Assembly: GCF_018977255.1 (NCBI RefSeq)
Contig: NW_024704742.1
Coordinates: 65,846,001-65,910,000 of the forward strand
DNA length: 64,000 nucleotides
Direction of reading: 5' to 3'
DNA from: Callorhinchus milii
Taxonomy: Eukaryota
The notes under the pieces: generated by a model
What the model saw: the letters and a program-made list of their open reading frames with translations, nothing else
What the model was told of the DNA's origin: nothing
Database searches by the model: none
In this document: in pieces, positions 1 through 13,244 of the stretch
How positions within the stretch are numbered: position 1 is the stretch's first letter
How the letters are laid out: each line of letters begins with the position of its first letter
Made by a program: the position numbers and the translations under genes

Positions 1-2014
1 ACCGTTTCGTTGGGGGGTGTGCAACAGGGTTCAAAAGTGATGGCGGGTGCGAAGGTGACGGCCCCTGTGCTGTTGATCAGTGACAGTTCGTATGACTGGG
101 AATCCCATCAGCGGAGTGTCAGTGCTGATCATTGCAGTATTTAACCGGGATGAGTAATCAGTTTTAAACGACATCTTATATAATGTGTTGTGCAATGTTA
201 AATATCGAAGTGACTTATGCAAATGACTCCATTTTAGGATTCACTAGTTTTTTTTTAACCCCCCCCCCCCTCCCCTCCCCCACTCCACACAGCAAAGTAA
301 TTGCTTTTGCTGAATGGTAATTTGGGATTGTATATACAGTACTTCTTATTTGCGAGAGTATTGAATCTGGCTTTCAGATGTTATGATTGGCATTTACTGG
401 AAGTATTGAGGGAAATCCCTGGTTGTGGCATCCTGGATTGCTTTCATCCCCTCCGCTCCACCATCGGTGGTCGTGCTTTCAGTCACTGTGCTCAGAAACG
501 ATGGAACTCTGCCGCAATCCTCTGTCTTGTCCCCTCTTTTACGTCTTCAGATCACCCCTGAGTACCTTTCTCTTTGACTGTGCCTATGGTCTCAAACCCT
601 CGAAGGTCGCTATATCAATGCTTGTTGTTGTTGTTGACATAATGCAACATTTGGTGAAGAAATACAACCAAATGTATTGAAAATAACTTGTCGAGATCAA
701 TTCAGAAGATCAGAACTCATAGATTAATTGCAATTATGTCGTCTGTTGAAATATTTGCTTCAAGAATAATATTTGTTACATTTCATATAGCATCTTTCAC
801 GTTGGGAGGACAACATACCTTCCATTTATATAGCATCGCTCAACTAAGGTAGTGTCCCAGGCTGCTCCAAAGCACTTCGTAGGATACACTCACTGTTTTG
901 TGAGTGATTACGGTAGCCAGTTTACACACAGTGACGTCACACAAACAGTCATGAAGTGAGTGACAGATTTTATTTGGATGAATTTGCGGCCAGGACACTG
1001 GGGGAGCGAGAAACTCTTCTCTTTTCGAATAGTGCCCCAGGATCTTCAAGGTTCACAGACAGGAAGTGAGAACCGCACCTCTATGGCATGTGCCAAATTA
1101 GTAATGCGATAGGACTTAAATATTAATACCAAATAGGTTTATTCATTTTTCAGTACTATTAAAGAATGAGTTGTATTCTTAATCTTCCCATTTTATTTAA
1201 GTTTCCATGACAAGAATGCACAAGATTCCATGACCAGTTTCTATGACAAGAATGCACTTCAGTTTGGAAGTATCTAAATTGTAATATTTTGTATTTGTAT
1301 TTTGAAAGCATTGAAACATTTTTTTATTTACTACAAAAGACCAAAACTCTTCTGGTCAATGAAATTATATGATTTTATTCCCCTTAATTATACTTTTAGG
1401 ATGTTTTGCTCTTATTCGGGTTATTTTTTAAGTTGATTGTAAAGATTAGAAAGCTTGAGCTTTTGGATTCAGTGCCCTAACCTCTGGACCTCCCTCACCC
1501 CTTTGTTCCGCCTCCTCTCTATCTGTCTACAAGTCCCACCTTAACACCTATCTATTCAATCACGCTTATGGTTTCCTTCACCTCTCCTTTGCTCGGTGAG
1601 TGACCCTATTTTCCTCTGAAACAATATTGTATGTGAAGGGTCCTAAATAAATGCAAGTTATTGGAATTCTGAGTAGATCACAATCGAGGAAGTACTTGGA
1701 TTTTCAAATCTTCAGTTGGAACTTTATTATGTGACACGGAGCAGATTCGTATTTACTAAGTTAAATGTGGGCACTCAGCATTTATTACACTCGATCTTTG
1801 CAGCCTGGATTATGATTTTAAAGTGGTTTCAGCAACAACTTTAAATTATATAGCACCTCTCATGCAGGGTAGTGTCCCAGAGTGCTTGGATTTCAGTTGT
1901 ATAATCTGCACAACTGCAAACTATTTAATGTTTTTTGTTGTAGTTTGTATGAACCATGATATGAGATTAACAGGGAGTTTGAAGGGAGTTTCTCCTGGCC
2001 AACAATCCCCCAAA

Positions 2015-2295
2015 TAACAAAACCAGAGAGAGCTGGGAAAACTCAGCAGGTCAGGCAGCATCTATGGAGAAAGGAAAAGGAAAGTGGGTCAACATTTCGG
2101 GTCCACAATCCTTTGTCAGAACTGGGCATGTTGGGAGGGAGAGGTTGTTTAAGGACAAGTTGAGAGGGGGAGGCAGGATAAGGAAGACAAAAAAAGAAGA
2201 CAAAGGAGAGAATGTGTTAGTTGATGGGTTAAAGAGTTGATAGAAGCATAAAACAAAAGGGGGTTGAAACCAAACTGGGGAGAAGAGATGTTAAA
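2015..2295 (-). mobile_element. Penelope-like element terminal-repeat fragment
   Basis: Closely similar to 38315-38580 (actcagcaggtcaggcagcatctatgga...gtcaacatttcgggtcc), which is attached to a GIY-YIG ORF. Confidence 0.75.
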
Positions 2296-2457
2296 GTGCA
2301 CTATTATTACTGGGACATTGCTGCGTATAAAACTGGCTGCTGTGTTTCGCCCGAGTATATATTATTGCTTTTTAATCACTCCCCAATATTATTCTCTATT
2401 TTAATGCCCAAAATCACACTGTTTCCTGTAAATCTCTGCAGGTATTAAATAAATAAT

Positions 2458-2760
2458 ATAAATAATCCTTGCATTTGATATAGCACTTTTCACGTCTTCG
2501 ACGTCTCAAAGCACTTCACAGAATATGCTGTAAAGTGAATTGACTGTATATTTGTGGGTGAATGCGGCAGCCAATTGCGCACAGCAATGTCCCACAAACA
2601 GTCATGGGTTGAAAATGACCAATTTATTATTTTTTGTTTTGGAGGGATTATTATTAGGCGTGTGAAGTAAGGAAACTTGCCCAAGGTTTTGTCCTGCCTA
2701 GAATTGAACCCAAGTGTCTCGCTTGCAAAGCGAGTGCTCTAACCACTGAGCTACAGGACT
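2458..2760 (-). mobile_element. tRNA-derived SINE, short (centre-deleted) subfamily
   Basis: Head gtcctgtagctcagtggttagagcactcgctttgcaagcgag...ggttcaattc (Pol III A/B boxes), shared 3' tail, AT-rich end. Confidence 0.9.
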
Positions 2761-3654
2761 TAACTAAGTAGCAGTGTAATCCAGCATCCTGTTTGCTTTG
2801 TTTAGTTCTGCCTTGCCCCATTTGGACATAACGATTGGTGACCCAACCAACAATCATACTCCAATACAGTAATATATAAGTGTTATTTTTGATCACTGAA
2901 CATTTCCCTGAAGACTAAAACATTGCAGGAACTTCATCTGGAGTCCTGTGTAATGCCCCAGACATGTTGTATCTGGGGTCCTGCACGTACAGTAGTTCAG
3001 GTTGCCATAATACAGGGCACTCATGTTATTAAACAGCTCATTTACAGTGCAATTTTGCAATGGGTGTCCTGTGAACCCGTGTTTTCACTTTCAGCATAGA
3101 CTGAAAGCAGAACGGGCTCCCCTGGGAGTCGGTGGAAGCAGAAAGTGTTGATTCTTTCAAATGCAAATTAGATAGATTTATTTTAGGAAAAAATACAGTA
3201 TTTAAGTAGTTCAGGACATGACGTGTCCATGTGACTGCCAGGATGGTGGAAGGCGAACTGGGGTGGACCTTGTTTTTTGTTTAGTAATTCTTATGTTCCT
3301 ATGACTGGCAGATAGATGTCTGGATGATTGAGCATTGCTCTCCCCCTTACTGCTGCTGGGAAGGGGGCTGGGAGAGATTTCTTTAATCTCTGTATTTTCA
3401 TTAGCGGCTTCTTTTTACTTTGAGTCCTCCAGTTTTGCTTTCACAATTCAACTTGAATGAATGCTTCTTTAGAATTTTAATTTATAATTTTAAAAACTTG
3501 GTGCACTTTTCCCTTCCATCCTGGTTTGTTTGCAGTATTGAATTTGTCCGCTTCATGATTAAAGACTCCCAAGTATTAGAACAGATTTTCTTAGAACCCG
3601 ATGCAAGTCTTTATTTTTCATAGGCTTTTTGCCCTATTCTTCCTGATATGAATG

Positions 3655-4250
3655 GCATCAAATTCAAGATCCTCATCCTCACCTACAAGGCCATTCGTGG
3701 CCTCGCTCCCTCCTACCTCTCTGACCTACTATCCCCCTACTTAACTGCCCTTACCCTCCGTTCCTCTGGCTCTGGTCTGCTCCACATCCCCCGCCCCAAC
3801 CGCCCTACCATCGGTGGCCGGGCCTTCAGCCCCGAGGCTCTGGAACTCCATCCCCCAGTGCCTTCGCCGCTTCCTCCCTTTCCTCCTTCAAGGCCGGTCT
3901 CAAGACCTTTCTCTTTGACCGAGCCTTCAGCTCCTCTCTCAACTCTCTACCCCCCCTCGCTCCCTCCCTTCCCTCACCCTAACCATTTCCCCCCTCCTCA
4001 CTCCCTCCCTTCCCTCCCCTCACCCTGACCATTTCCCCCCTCCTCACTCCTTCCTTCCCTCACCCTAACCATTTCCCCCCTCCTCACTCCCTCCCTTCCC
4101 TCCCTCACCCTGACCATTTCCCCCTCCTCACTCCTTCCCCCCTCACCCTGACCATTTCCCCCCTGCTCGGGTCCTGACCCAACTGTTCAGCGCCTTGGGA
4201 CGTCCTCCCGACGTGAAAGGCGCTCTATAAATGGAATCTTGTTGTTGTAG
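3655..4250 (+). mobile_element. L2-clade LINE 3' end with expanded minisatellite
   Basis: IKFKILILTYKAIRGLAPSYLSDLL...LRSSGSGLLHIP...TIGGRAFS is an L2 ORF2 C-terminus; 3' stem-loop and (TTG)n tail. Confidence 0.9.
3950..4165 (+). repeat. Pyrimidine-rich minisatellite, ~40-45 bp unit, ~5 copies
   Basis: Repeated ccctcaccct(g/a)accatttccccc..tcctcactcc units. Confidence 0.9.
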
Positions 4251-4251
4251 T

Positions 4252-5065
4252 CAAGCCTAGATGTAATAAATGCATGAATAAGGGTTTTGGTGGCCTTAAG
4301 AGAGAGGCAGTGGAGGAGACACGGAGGTGGGGGAAGACTGAATGGGTCATGGCACGGATGTGGGGTAGAAAGAACAGTTGAGGGTTAAACAAGGCGCCAA
4401 TGTTTCTGGACTGGCTAAGCAAGATGGAGTGTGCATCCATGGATGGTGATGCTGCCAGTGCCTGAGGTGTGGAGGTGTTGAAGGGATCCAATCAGGAGAG
4501 CCTCAGTCTTGTAGATGTTCAACTGGAGAAAGTTGGCTCTCATCCAGGACTTGATGTATGACAGACATTTTGTAGGGACAGCAGTGATTGGAGTCGAGGG
4601 CGGAGACCGAGAGGTACATTTGGATGTTATTCACATACATGTGGAATGGTGTCTGTGAATGATGTCACCAGGAAGGAACATGTAGATGTTGAAGAGGAGA
4701 GGACCAAGGACAGAGCCCTGAGGAACACCGTACAAGATGATGCAGGGGCTGGAGGAGAAGCCGTTCATGGAGACAAAGTGGAGGGTATGAAAGATAGGAC
4801 TGAACCAGTCAAGGACAGAACCATGAAGGTTGGGGTGAGAGGCGGCAGAGGAGGTGGATAGAATGGTTGACAGTGTCAAAGGCAGCAGAGAGATCAAGGA
4901 GGATGAGGAGACGGAAGGAGCACTGGTCGCAGATGGACAAAATGTTGTTTGTCACTTTGAAACCCAAACTGTTTTTGTGCTGTGGGCAGCGCAGAAACCG
5001 ATTGGAACGGTTTGTGAAGGAGCGAAGCTGGGAACACCGACTCGTTCCAGGACTCTGGAAAGGAA
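4252..5065 (-). mobile_element. L2-clade LINE reverse transcriptase fragment
   Basis: - strand [18 protein letters not shown]...GDIIHRH RT motif, frameshifted. Confidence 0.85.
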
Positions 5066-5116
5066 ATTAAAAAAAAAAAACTTTTTTTAAATGTTGTCCT
5101 GAAATAGTCAGTTATA

Positions 5117-5430
5117 TAATAATATTCCTTGCATTTGATATAGCGCTTTTCACGTCGGGAGGACGTCCCAAAGCGCTTCACAGAACACACTGTAAAGTGA
5201 ATTGACTGTATATTTATGGGCGAACGCGGCAGCCAATTGCGCACAGCAATGTCCCACAAACAGTCGTAGATTGAAAATGACCAATTTATTATTGTTATTG
5301 GTTTTGGAGGGATTATTATTAGGCTCTGTGTGGAGTAAGGAAACTTGCCCAAGGTTTTGCCCTGCCTGGAATTGAACTCAGGTCTCTCACTTGCAAAGCG
5401 AGTGCTCTAACCACTGAGCTACAGGACTCC
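5117..5430 (-). mobile_element. tRNA-derived SINE, short subfamily
   Basis: Very similar to 2458-2760 and 20828-21154. Confidence 0.9.
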
Positions 5431-6719
5431 AAATTACGCAACTTCCTCCTCATCATATGCTTTATGATGTGAGGAGGAAGTTGCTATGAGATCATAAAGC
5501 GAGTTTTTTCACAATGGACAATGAGCGATGTTGAAACTGCACCGATTAAAAACAAACCCATCGTCATTCTTGGTGTAAGCCCACACAGTCTGATTGTTTT
5601 GGGATTTTTCTTTAACACATTGAGCACCTGGATCACAATAAGTAAACTTACAAGACCCCTCATATTATTAGAGTGCAGTTGACTTGCTGGATAGGTTTAA
5701 ACATCGCAGGCTTAAACGACCGTAAGGTTGAAACCGAACTGAAGACGCAACAAAAGATTGAGAAGGGATTTGGCAATATAATGATGGAGTAGAATTGGAT
5801 TAAAAGGTAAACTCCAAAATCATGGCTGTTCGCGTGATGATGTTTTCAGAGATCAAGATTAACATGTACCTAGGAGTGTTACAATGGTTGGAGTTCCTTC
5901 AGGGGATAGTGTTGTATTGAGATGGCAGTATTGCACTTTGATTCACAGCGGCTGAATGTACAGGGAAAATGACTACGTGGGAGTGATGCAAGTTATAAAT
6001 TACGCAAATCAAGTTTGAGGACCTTGAAATTAATGGTTACTTTTTAAATAATAAAAAAATTGTGTGTGCGCGTTGGATACCATTGGTATTGGCAGCCAAT
6101 GTGCTTTGTGCTGGTGATAAGTAGTGTTTGTGACATCCTCATTGTACCGTCACACCTTGAGTGACTGCTGTGAAATTCTATGCATTACAAAGTTGACCAC
6201 GAGGTCTTTGCATTTATCCTCACTGAGGTATTAATTTTGATAGAGTTCTTCAAATTTTTCAGCTAAAAATGTAGATATTTCTTTCCAAAATCTTTCTTTG
6301 CCTTTCTAAATGTGAAGTGCTCCAGGACCTTTTATAATTTCCCATTCTGTATAGGAATTGCTCCTGGTCACCTACTTGAAAAGAACTGTATAGGGAAACA
6401 CTATTATGTTCAGGTAGTCTTACATGATCAGAAAGCTAAATTTATTTACTAGTTTGAAAGGCACTGTTCATTAATTGAGCAGAATTATCCCTGCACCATG
6501 ACATTTATTACAAATCCATGTCCAACAATACTGACAGTTTTTCTAAGTCTGTTTCTCTAGTTTGTCAGTGCAAAATCTATGCCAACATAGACAATGTGCA
6601 TTATTCTGTGTTAATGGAAAACTCTTCCAAACATGTTTGAAGTGAATGTATTTATTGGTATGCTTGGTATTGCATGGCTAAAGAATGGCACTTTAGTTGC
6701 AGAACAGATCGATTTCAAT

Positions 6720-7025
6720 TACCTCGCCCTTACTTTCAAATCACTTCACGCCCTGGCTCTCTGATCTGCTCAAACTCCACTAGCCTTCTTTGTTTAGCTG
6801 ACTCGGATGTTATACCAATCCTTCATCCCCTACACCCCACCATTGGCGGCTGTTCTCCTCTATGCCCTGAATTTCTGGAGCTCCAGACTCAATCCCTCTG
6901 TTTTGCCCCTTTACCCGTCTTCAAGTCACACCTGAAGACTTTCCTCTTCGATTGTGGCTTTGGCCACCTCCCCTCTTTCCAGCTTGGTGTCAGACCACAA
7001 TGCTATTAAGTGTAAAGTGTTGTAA
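6720..7025 (+). mobile_element. Old L2 3' fragment (similar fragments ~420-640, 1490-1660, 36930-37110)
   Basis: HPTIGG...FKSHLKTFLFD motif. Confidence 0.7.
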
Positions 7026-7148
7026 TAAAGTGAAATAAAATGTATTGTACACCTTAATAGTTTTTTTAATGTGTGTAAAACTGCTTCAGGGTTGTGTAAT
7101 TCTATGGACAAAATTCATCTTAACATTTTATTCTTTTTCCTGTTATAG

Positions 7149-7206
7149 GTGGTTTTGGTGACATTAACTGTGTCAACTGCACTGAACTAAGGTTGACAAG
7201 TTACAG
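7149..7206 (+). CDS. LETM1: LETM1 coding exon 2 (GGFGDINCVNCTELRLTSYR; N-terminal targeting region)
   Basis: Polypyrimidine tract then ttatag|GT...ACAG|gtaagg. 58 nt, phase 1 to phase 2, joins exon 3 in frame. Size and phase fit vertebrate LETM1 exon 2. Confidence 0.8.
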
Positions 7207-7984
7207 GTAAGGAAATAATATCATGTACAATTAACAATAAAAGCAGCAAAATCGATGCCCACTTCTCACAATATAAGCATTTTACAAATGTTTTTTTCTT
7301 TTAGTATGTTTATATACTTCCCCACACAATTTCTCCATACAATATACAACAACTGATGGGTATTCTCTGAGTTCTGTAAAATCTATTGGAGCAGACCAAA
7401 GTTCTCTAATTTAATAACATTTTTCTAGTTGATGAATGAAATATTCTATTTACAGAATGGGTGTTCTTAGTTACTCTACTTATAATGTGGGTCCAAAGTT
7501 GAGAAACTTGAAATCAAGCCAGTTATTATTATGTCGGTATTCACTATGTGACTAAATAGAAGCATAAAGTTAAGGTTAGTATGATGAATCTTGAGGGAAT
7601 TGGCTTTGTAGAATTACTAAGAGTTACTAAAAGATGGAATTTCTTCTAATTCCAATCTATTCTAATTAGTAACTAGATGCTAGTTATCTAGAAAAATGTC
7701 ATTTTGTCTGTGTTAGGATTCTGTTTAGCAGAAATTAAAGTTAAACTGTGTGCAGATAGAGCCCCAATAACTGTTTTATTTGTCATGTTGCAAGTGTAAA
7801 CACTTGGTTCCCTGCCATTCTTTGACTGTCCAAATAGTTAAAAAATATAAGTAATTGTTTTAAAAGGTCAATATTCAACCTTACTATTCGTAAGTACAAC
7901 TGAAATTCACTATTTCCCTGTTTTGGATCTTTACTGAGTGCTGATTTATAATATATATATTTATAATTGCAATATCATCAGAAT

Positions 7985-8150
7985 TGAAATTAAAGCGGTC
8001 ACTATTAAAATTGCTGATTGAGGAGGAGGTTGATTGTTGGAACATCACTACAAAGGAGGTGAATATAAATTACAAGGGTACAGCTTATTCAGGAAAGATG
8101 GGAGAGGTGGAGGGGTTTTTATGTGTAAGGAACACATGGGCAAATCAGGC
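7985..8150 (+). mobile_element. Old LINE APE-endonuclease fragment
   Basis: One frame reads LQGYSLFRKDGRGGGV, resembling the CR1/L2 endonuclease GY..FR.DR..RGGGV motif. Confidence 0.45.
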
Positions 8151-8955
8151 AAACAATAATCCTTGCATTTGATATAGCGCCTTATCACGTCTTCGAGACG
8201 CCTCAAAGCGCTTCACAGTGAATTGACTGTAAAGTGAATTGACTGTATTTTGTGGGTGAAAGGAAGCTTGATGTGATTCTGTCATTGTTGACTCTTTGTT
8301 TTCCTTTCTCAAATGATTCTCAAATAATTCTGAAGCTCTTAATGGTTAGTGAGGTGGTTTTAGTGGAATCCTGGAAGCAGATTGCTCACTCTTTTGACTT
8401 TGAATTGTAGATGGAAAATGAGGAGAAAGCATATTTTTTGTTATTAAAGATTTTTGTCATTAAACCACACATTTTGTACATTCACTATTGCTGGTTGGGA
8501 TTGAGCTATACTAATAAGATAATCAATAATATTTATTCATTGAAGTTAAAACCAGTTTGCACTGTTAATTATAGATATCCTGACAAGCGGTCCCATGATA
8601 CAGCTTGTATTGATTCTGCACAGCTGTTCTGATGTGGCTTAGCCTTATCTAGGTTTACAATGTGAATGAAATGTGTGTGCCTAATGGTATCTTAATTGAA
8701 TGTGCTGTGAGGTTTGGGTAAGAAGCATCTATTAAATGGTTTTAACAGTCCAGAAAAGAGATCATATACTGAGTGAAGTAGTCTATTCAGTGAAGCGCTT
8801 TGAGACGTCTAGAAGACGTGAAAAGCGCTAAATCAAAACACAAGGATTATTATTAGTCATTTGACGCTGTTGTTTCATGGGTGAAAAAAANTCACTTCTA
8901 TTTATTTCTGTTGAAATTGCTCTAACTAATTTTTTTNCTACCTTTCCTTTTGCAG

Positions 8956-9415
8956 AAATGCTTTGTTCCGAAACTGCAGCACAGTGTCTGCAAGCAACAG
9001 TTCTTTGCATATAAGGGACCGCTATAGCTACTGCAGAAGAGGCCCAAAGCGTTTGTACTGTGGGGTGGTGGGGGCTCCCCTGCCATGCACCTCTGCTACC
9101 AACATGAATTTTATTGGAATGCCATGTGTTTCAATGAGATGGTGGCACTCTACTCATCAGCTGTATGATGACTCCAAAGTCGAAAAGTCTCTAAAGTCCT
9201 TGAAAGATAAGAATAAGCGTCTGGAAGAAGGCGGTCCCGTGTATAGCCCTATAGAAGCTGAAATTGTGCGACGGTCTCTTGGTCAGAAGGTTGCAGATGA
9301 GGTGAAGCATTATTACCATGGCTTCCGCTTATTGTGGATTGACACAAAGATAGCAGCAAGGATGCTGTGGCGGATTCTGAATGGCCATACTCTGTCGAGG
9401 AGAGAACACAGACAG
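8956..9415 (+). CDS. LETM1: LETM1 exon 3 (...[28 protein letters not shown]...[36 protein letters not shown])
   Basis: tttgcag| acceptor, CAG|gtatgt donor, 460 nt. Translation matches the LETM1 coiled-coil and pre-TM segment. Confidence 0.97.
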
Positions 9416-10904
9416 GTATGTGTATTCTAGATACAGCTGGATGATCCAACTAGCATCCCGAGGGCTGATTTCAACCCCCCCCACCCCCGCCTCTATTTCA
9501 CCGGGCCCAACTGCTTCCTCCATAACCCATAACTCTTAATTGCCAGCAACTGAACACTCCTCTTGAATTGGGTGATTTGAGTGAAATGACATCCGGTCTT
9601 ATTTCATCGTATTAGTAAGGGAATAACCACTCTTGTTCGTGAAATAATGTGAAAGGATTGAGATGATGATAAATGCTGGGTGCTTGTTTGTAACTGTTAG
9701 CAAAAAACAAATTAGATTAGTCTTAAAATAACTTCAGTCTCTCTCTCTCTATATATTACATATAGAGAGTTAAATAGTGTCAGTGTGCAGTTTTCCATTA
9801 TTTTTGCAGTTCTAAAGTAAAATTAGATTTATTGAGGGCAGAATGTAGGTTATCTTTTTGTTTAGCGTTGGTGTCTTTTGGGATGTTTTAAAGGGTTAAA
9901 AGAATGTAATGAGTTATTCCACTTGTAGGAAAATAATATGGTGTGCACCAGAAAATTAAGTTTCCGTCATTTTGTAAAGAGTTCCCACTGTGTTGAATTA
10001 ATGGGGTAGAAAAAATTCTATACAGTACCAGTATGTTCTATGCCATGAAACCCTGTTTTTTTTGTATTCATGCCCATCAACTGCTGAAAAGACTGAGAGA
10101 GTCATGATAAAAGCTAACGTGTCATATCACCGAATGAGCACAACATGCTCTAGTTATTCAGCAGCTGAGTTTCTAGTGGGGGTGCCAGTGTTCATTGCTC
10201 TTTGTTGTATTAGGTTAGGCTCAGCTGTTTATTTATCTTGCAAGATAATTAAAAGCAGCCCAGAACAGGTATGTATGAAGCATCCAGGTGAGATGTGCTT
10301 CCAGGAGGAATGTTCTTCCATTTCAGACGTTGGCTTAAATGATTTTCGTTTAAAAGCAGACTGTTCAAATTGCTTATTCAATGTACATGGAAACCTCCAG
10401 TGAATGCTGTGTAAGTCCCTTTTGCTATTGAAAGTTGATTATTTCACAAACCTAAAGGAAGGCATTATGGCTATTCGAGCAGGGAATTTAAAAGATGAAG
10501 GGAATTAAATGTAGCATAGCATAATTTCATAACTACAAATCGTGAATTCAGTCAAGACCATGTGATTCTGTTGACAAATAGCCACTCAAAATGTTGACCT
10601 ATATTAAATGGGGAAACCTTTTGTGATCAATTTTGTATATTTTGCATGTGTAATTGCTACATTTAATCATGGGTCACTCTGGGGGGAGGCAGGAGGAAGA
10701 GTTTGAAACTTTCAGTCAAAGACTCTTGCTGTTAAAATAAATCATGTGGGTGATGATGATGATATCTTGCACCTTGGAACCAGTAAAATATATATTTTTT
10801 AAGTATACTGTGGGATCATGCTTTTTGCTGGTTGTATGCATTTTATAAGTCACCTACAATATGTTCATTTTTATCACTTTAGTACAGGAGATTGACTTTA
10901 TTAA

Positions 10905-11156
<252 letters not shown>

Positions 11157-12583
11157 TGAAAGCTTTTAATTTGTACACGTAAGTTTGTTTATGAAAACAT
11201 TTTTAGTTAAGTAACTAAGTATACGTCACTTCTGAACTTTCCTGAGATCAAGTAGCCTTAGATCAGTTTACAGAATTCTAAAATTGCCCGTTTGTTTCTT
11301 TTTTTTTCCTCTCTCTGTCTCTCTCCCCCCCACTCTGTTTCACGCCACCCCACCGCTCCATCCACTGTGCTGGCTCCTCTGTGTAATATCACTAGAGTAG
11401 CCTGTTCCGGGAGCACATTGCCCCTGGAGCAATTTATCATTCAACTTTATTTCTCCCTTAAGAGTTGTTGAGAGTAAAAGATACATTTGGCATGAAAGAT
11501 GATACCAAGCTTCTTGAAGATAGCTTTGGGAATGGAGGCGATCAGGGGAAGTAGTAAGGCTAACAATTTAATTAAGTGAAGAAGGATTAAGAATGGGGCT
11601 GTTAAAGGTGAGACATAAGAACTGTTTGTTGTGCTTCAAAGAGCGATGAAGCCGTCTTTGAAGAAACTCTTCTGATTATCATTGCCTAATTCAAGAGCAT
11701 GGAGGTGCTGAAGATTTTGTTACTGCCATTGCTCTCGGTGAGGAGTAAATGTCACAGGCACTGGAGCTGCTATGATCTGATTAATGTAGAGTGGAATCAG
11801 TACAAGAGTATATATAGAGTTGGATGATAAGGAGAGCAGGTCAGTGGTGTGGAACAGAAACAAAGCGGGAGAGAGCATGCATTCTTGTGGAATTTCTCAG
11901 TTGATGGAAAGTGTCTGGATAAACTACCGGCTTCAGCCAGCTAAGGGAATTTTAGAGGAAACTAGATAGTCTTGAGATACCCTCCAACCGTTTAGAAATA
12001 GACGGTGCACGACTGGTTTGGAGATGTGCGATGTGGTGATAAATAAGAGTAAAGTTCATATGACGATATCAGGGATGAGACCTTATAGTTATGCAGTGAG
12101 ACAAATAGACCTGCAGTGACCAAATCATCTGGAACAGGATGGCCAAGTTGTGATATGCGAGCCGCACTACGCATGGGTAAAATAGTCTGGCCATCCCTGA
12201 TCTTCTGCACTACTGTGTGAGCTCAACTTTCTGTCTTTGGGTTTGAATGCATAACCTTCTGAGAGAGCGCGCTATCATCAGACTAGATTGACACCTGGAA
12301 AGGTGTCTATTAGTGTTTTTCTAAATTATTAATTTTTTTGTAGATTAAATAAAAGGAGGCTATTTGGATTGGTAAATCAGTACAGTGATTTTGTGAAGTA
12401 TAATGATTTCTACTTTGTATACATTTTTCAATACTTTAAGTTTTCTTGTATTTCACTTGCTAAAATGTAGCAAGCAATCTAAAGGGTTATTAGCATTACC
12501 AATTATGAAGTTATCTGTTATTAGGTAATAAAATTCAAAAGCTCCCAGATAGGTTACAGCACAAATCTTTCATGTGTTTACAG

Positions 12584-12721
12584 GAGGAAAGGTTGAAAAA
12601 GGAACTGAGGGTAAAGCTTGAGATGGCAAAATTTCTCCAAGATACAATTGAAGAGATTGCCCTGAGAAATAAAGCAGCCAAAGGAGATGTCACAAAGGAC
12701 TTTTCTTCGTTTTTCCAGAAG
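12584..12721 (+). CDS. LETM1: LETM1 exon 5 ([46 protein letters not shown])
   Basis: ttacag|GAG ... AAG|gtaatt, 138 nt. Confidence 0.98.
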
Positions 12722-13244
12722 GTAATTCTCTGCTTTCATCAAAATCAACCAAACTGTACTTTAAGCTTATACACACCAAAGTACTTATTTTTCGTATGTC
12801 AGCTAACTCTGGGACACACCGACTGAACGGTGCTATATACATACAAGTTGTTGTCTAGATTACGATAATTATGATTAATAATAATACTAATAATCCTTGC
12901 ATTTGATATAGCGCTTTCCACGGAAACTTGCCCAAGGTTTCGCCCTGCAATCCTTGTATTTGATATAGAGCCTTTCATGTCGAGAGGATGTCTCCAAGCG
13001 CTTCACTGGATTTACTGTGTAGAAGTTTATTGACTGTATTTTGTAAGTGAACAAATATATCCATCATACAGTCAGTTTAATGTTTAGAATTGACTTTTAG
13101 CATATTAGCGATCAATGGTCCTCTGCTAGAGTTTGTGCACTCATTGCTATCCAGTGATCTCTGCTACAAGGTATGTGTTTATGGGGATTAGGTGAGATTA
13201 GAATCGGGCTCAGTTGTGATGCTTTTCAGTCTTTTAGATACAAT

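Noticed and set aside
1..300. Possible LETM1 exon 1
   Set aside because: The first ~120 bp are CpG-enriched, but I found no convincing ATG plus phase-1 donor encoding a LETM1-like presequence. Exon 1 is probably just upstream.
3950..4165. CRISPR-like periodic repeat
   Set aside because: No unique spacers and a eukaryotic context; it is a simple minisatellite in an L2.
8891..8937. Two N bases upstream of exon 3
   Set aside because: Assembly ambiguities beside homopolymers; the acceptor is unaffected.
11470..12230. Possible old antisense LINE fragment in intron 4 (and a GVPQG-like trace near 5890)
   Set aside because: Too decayed to translate a convincing motif by eye; needs RepeatMasker.
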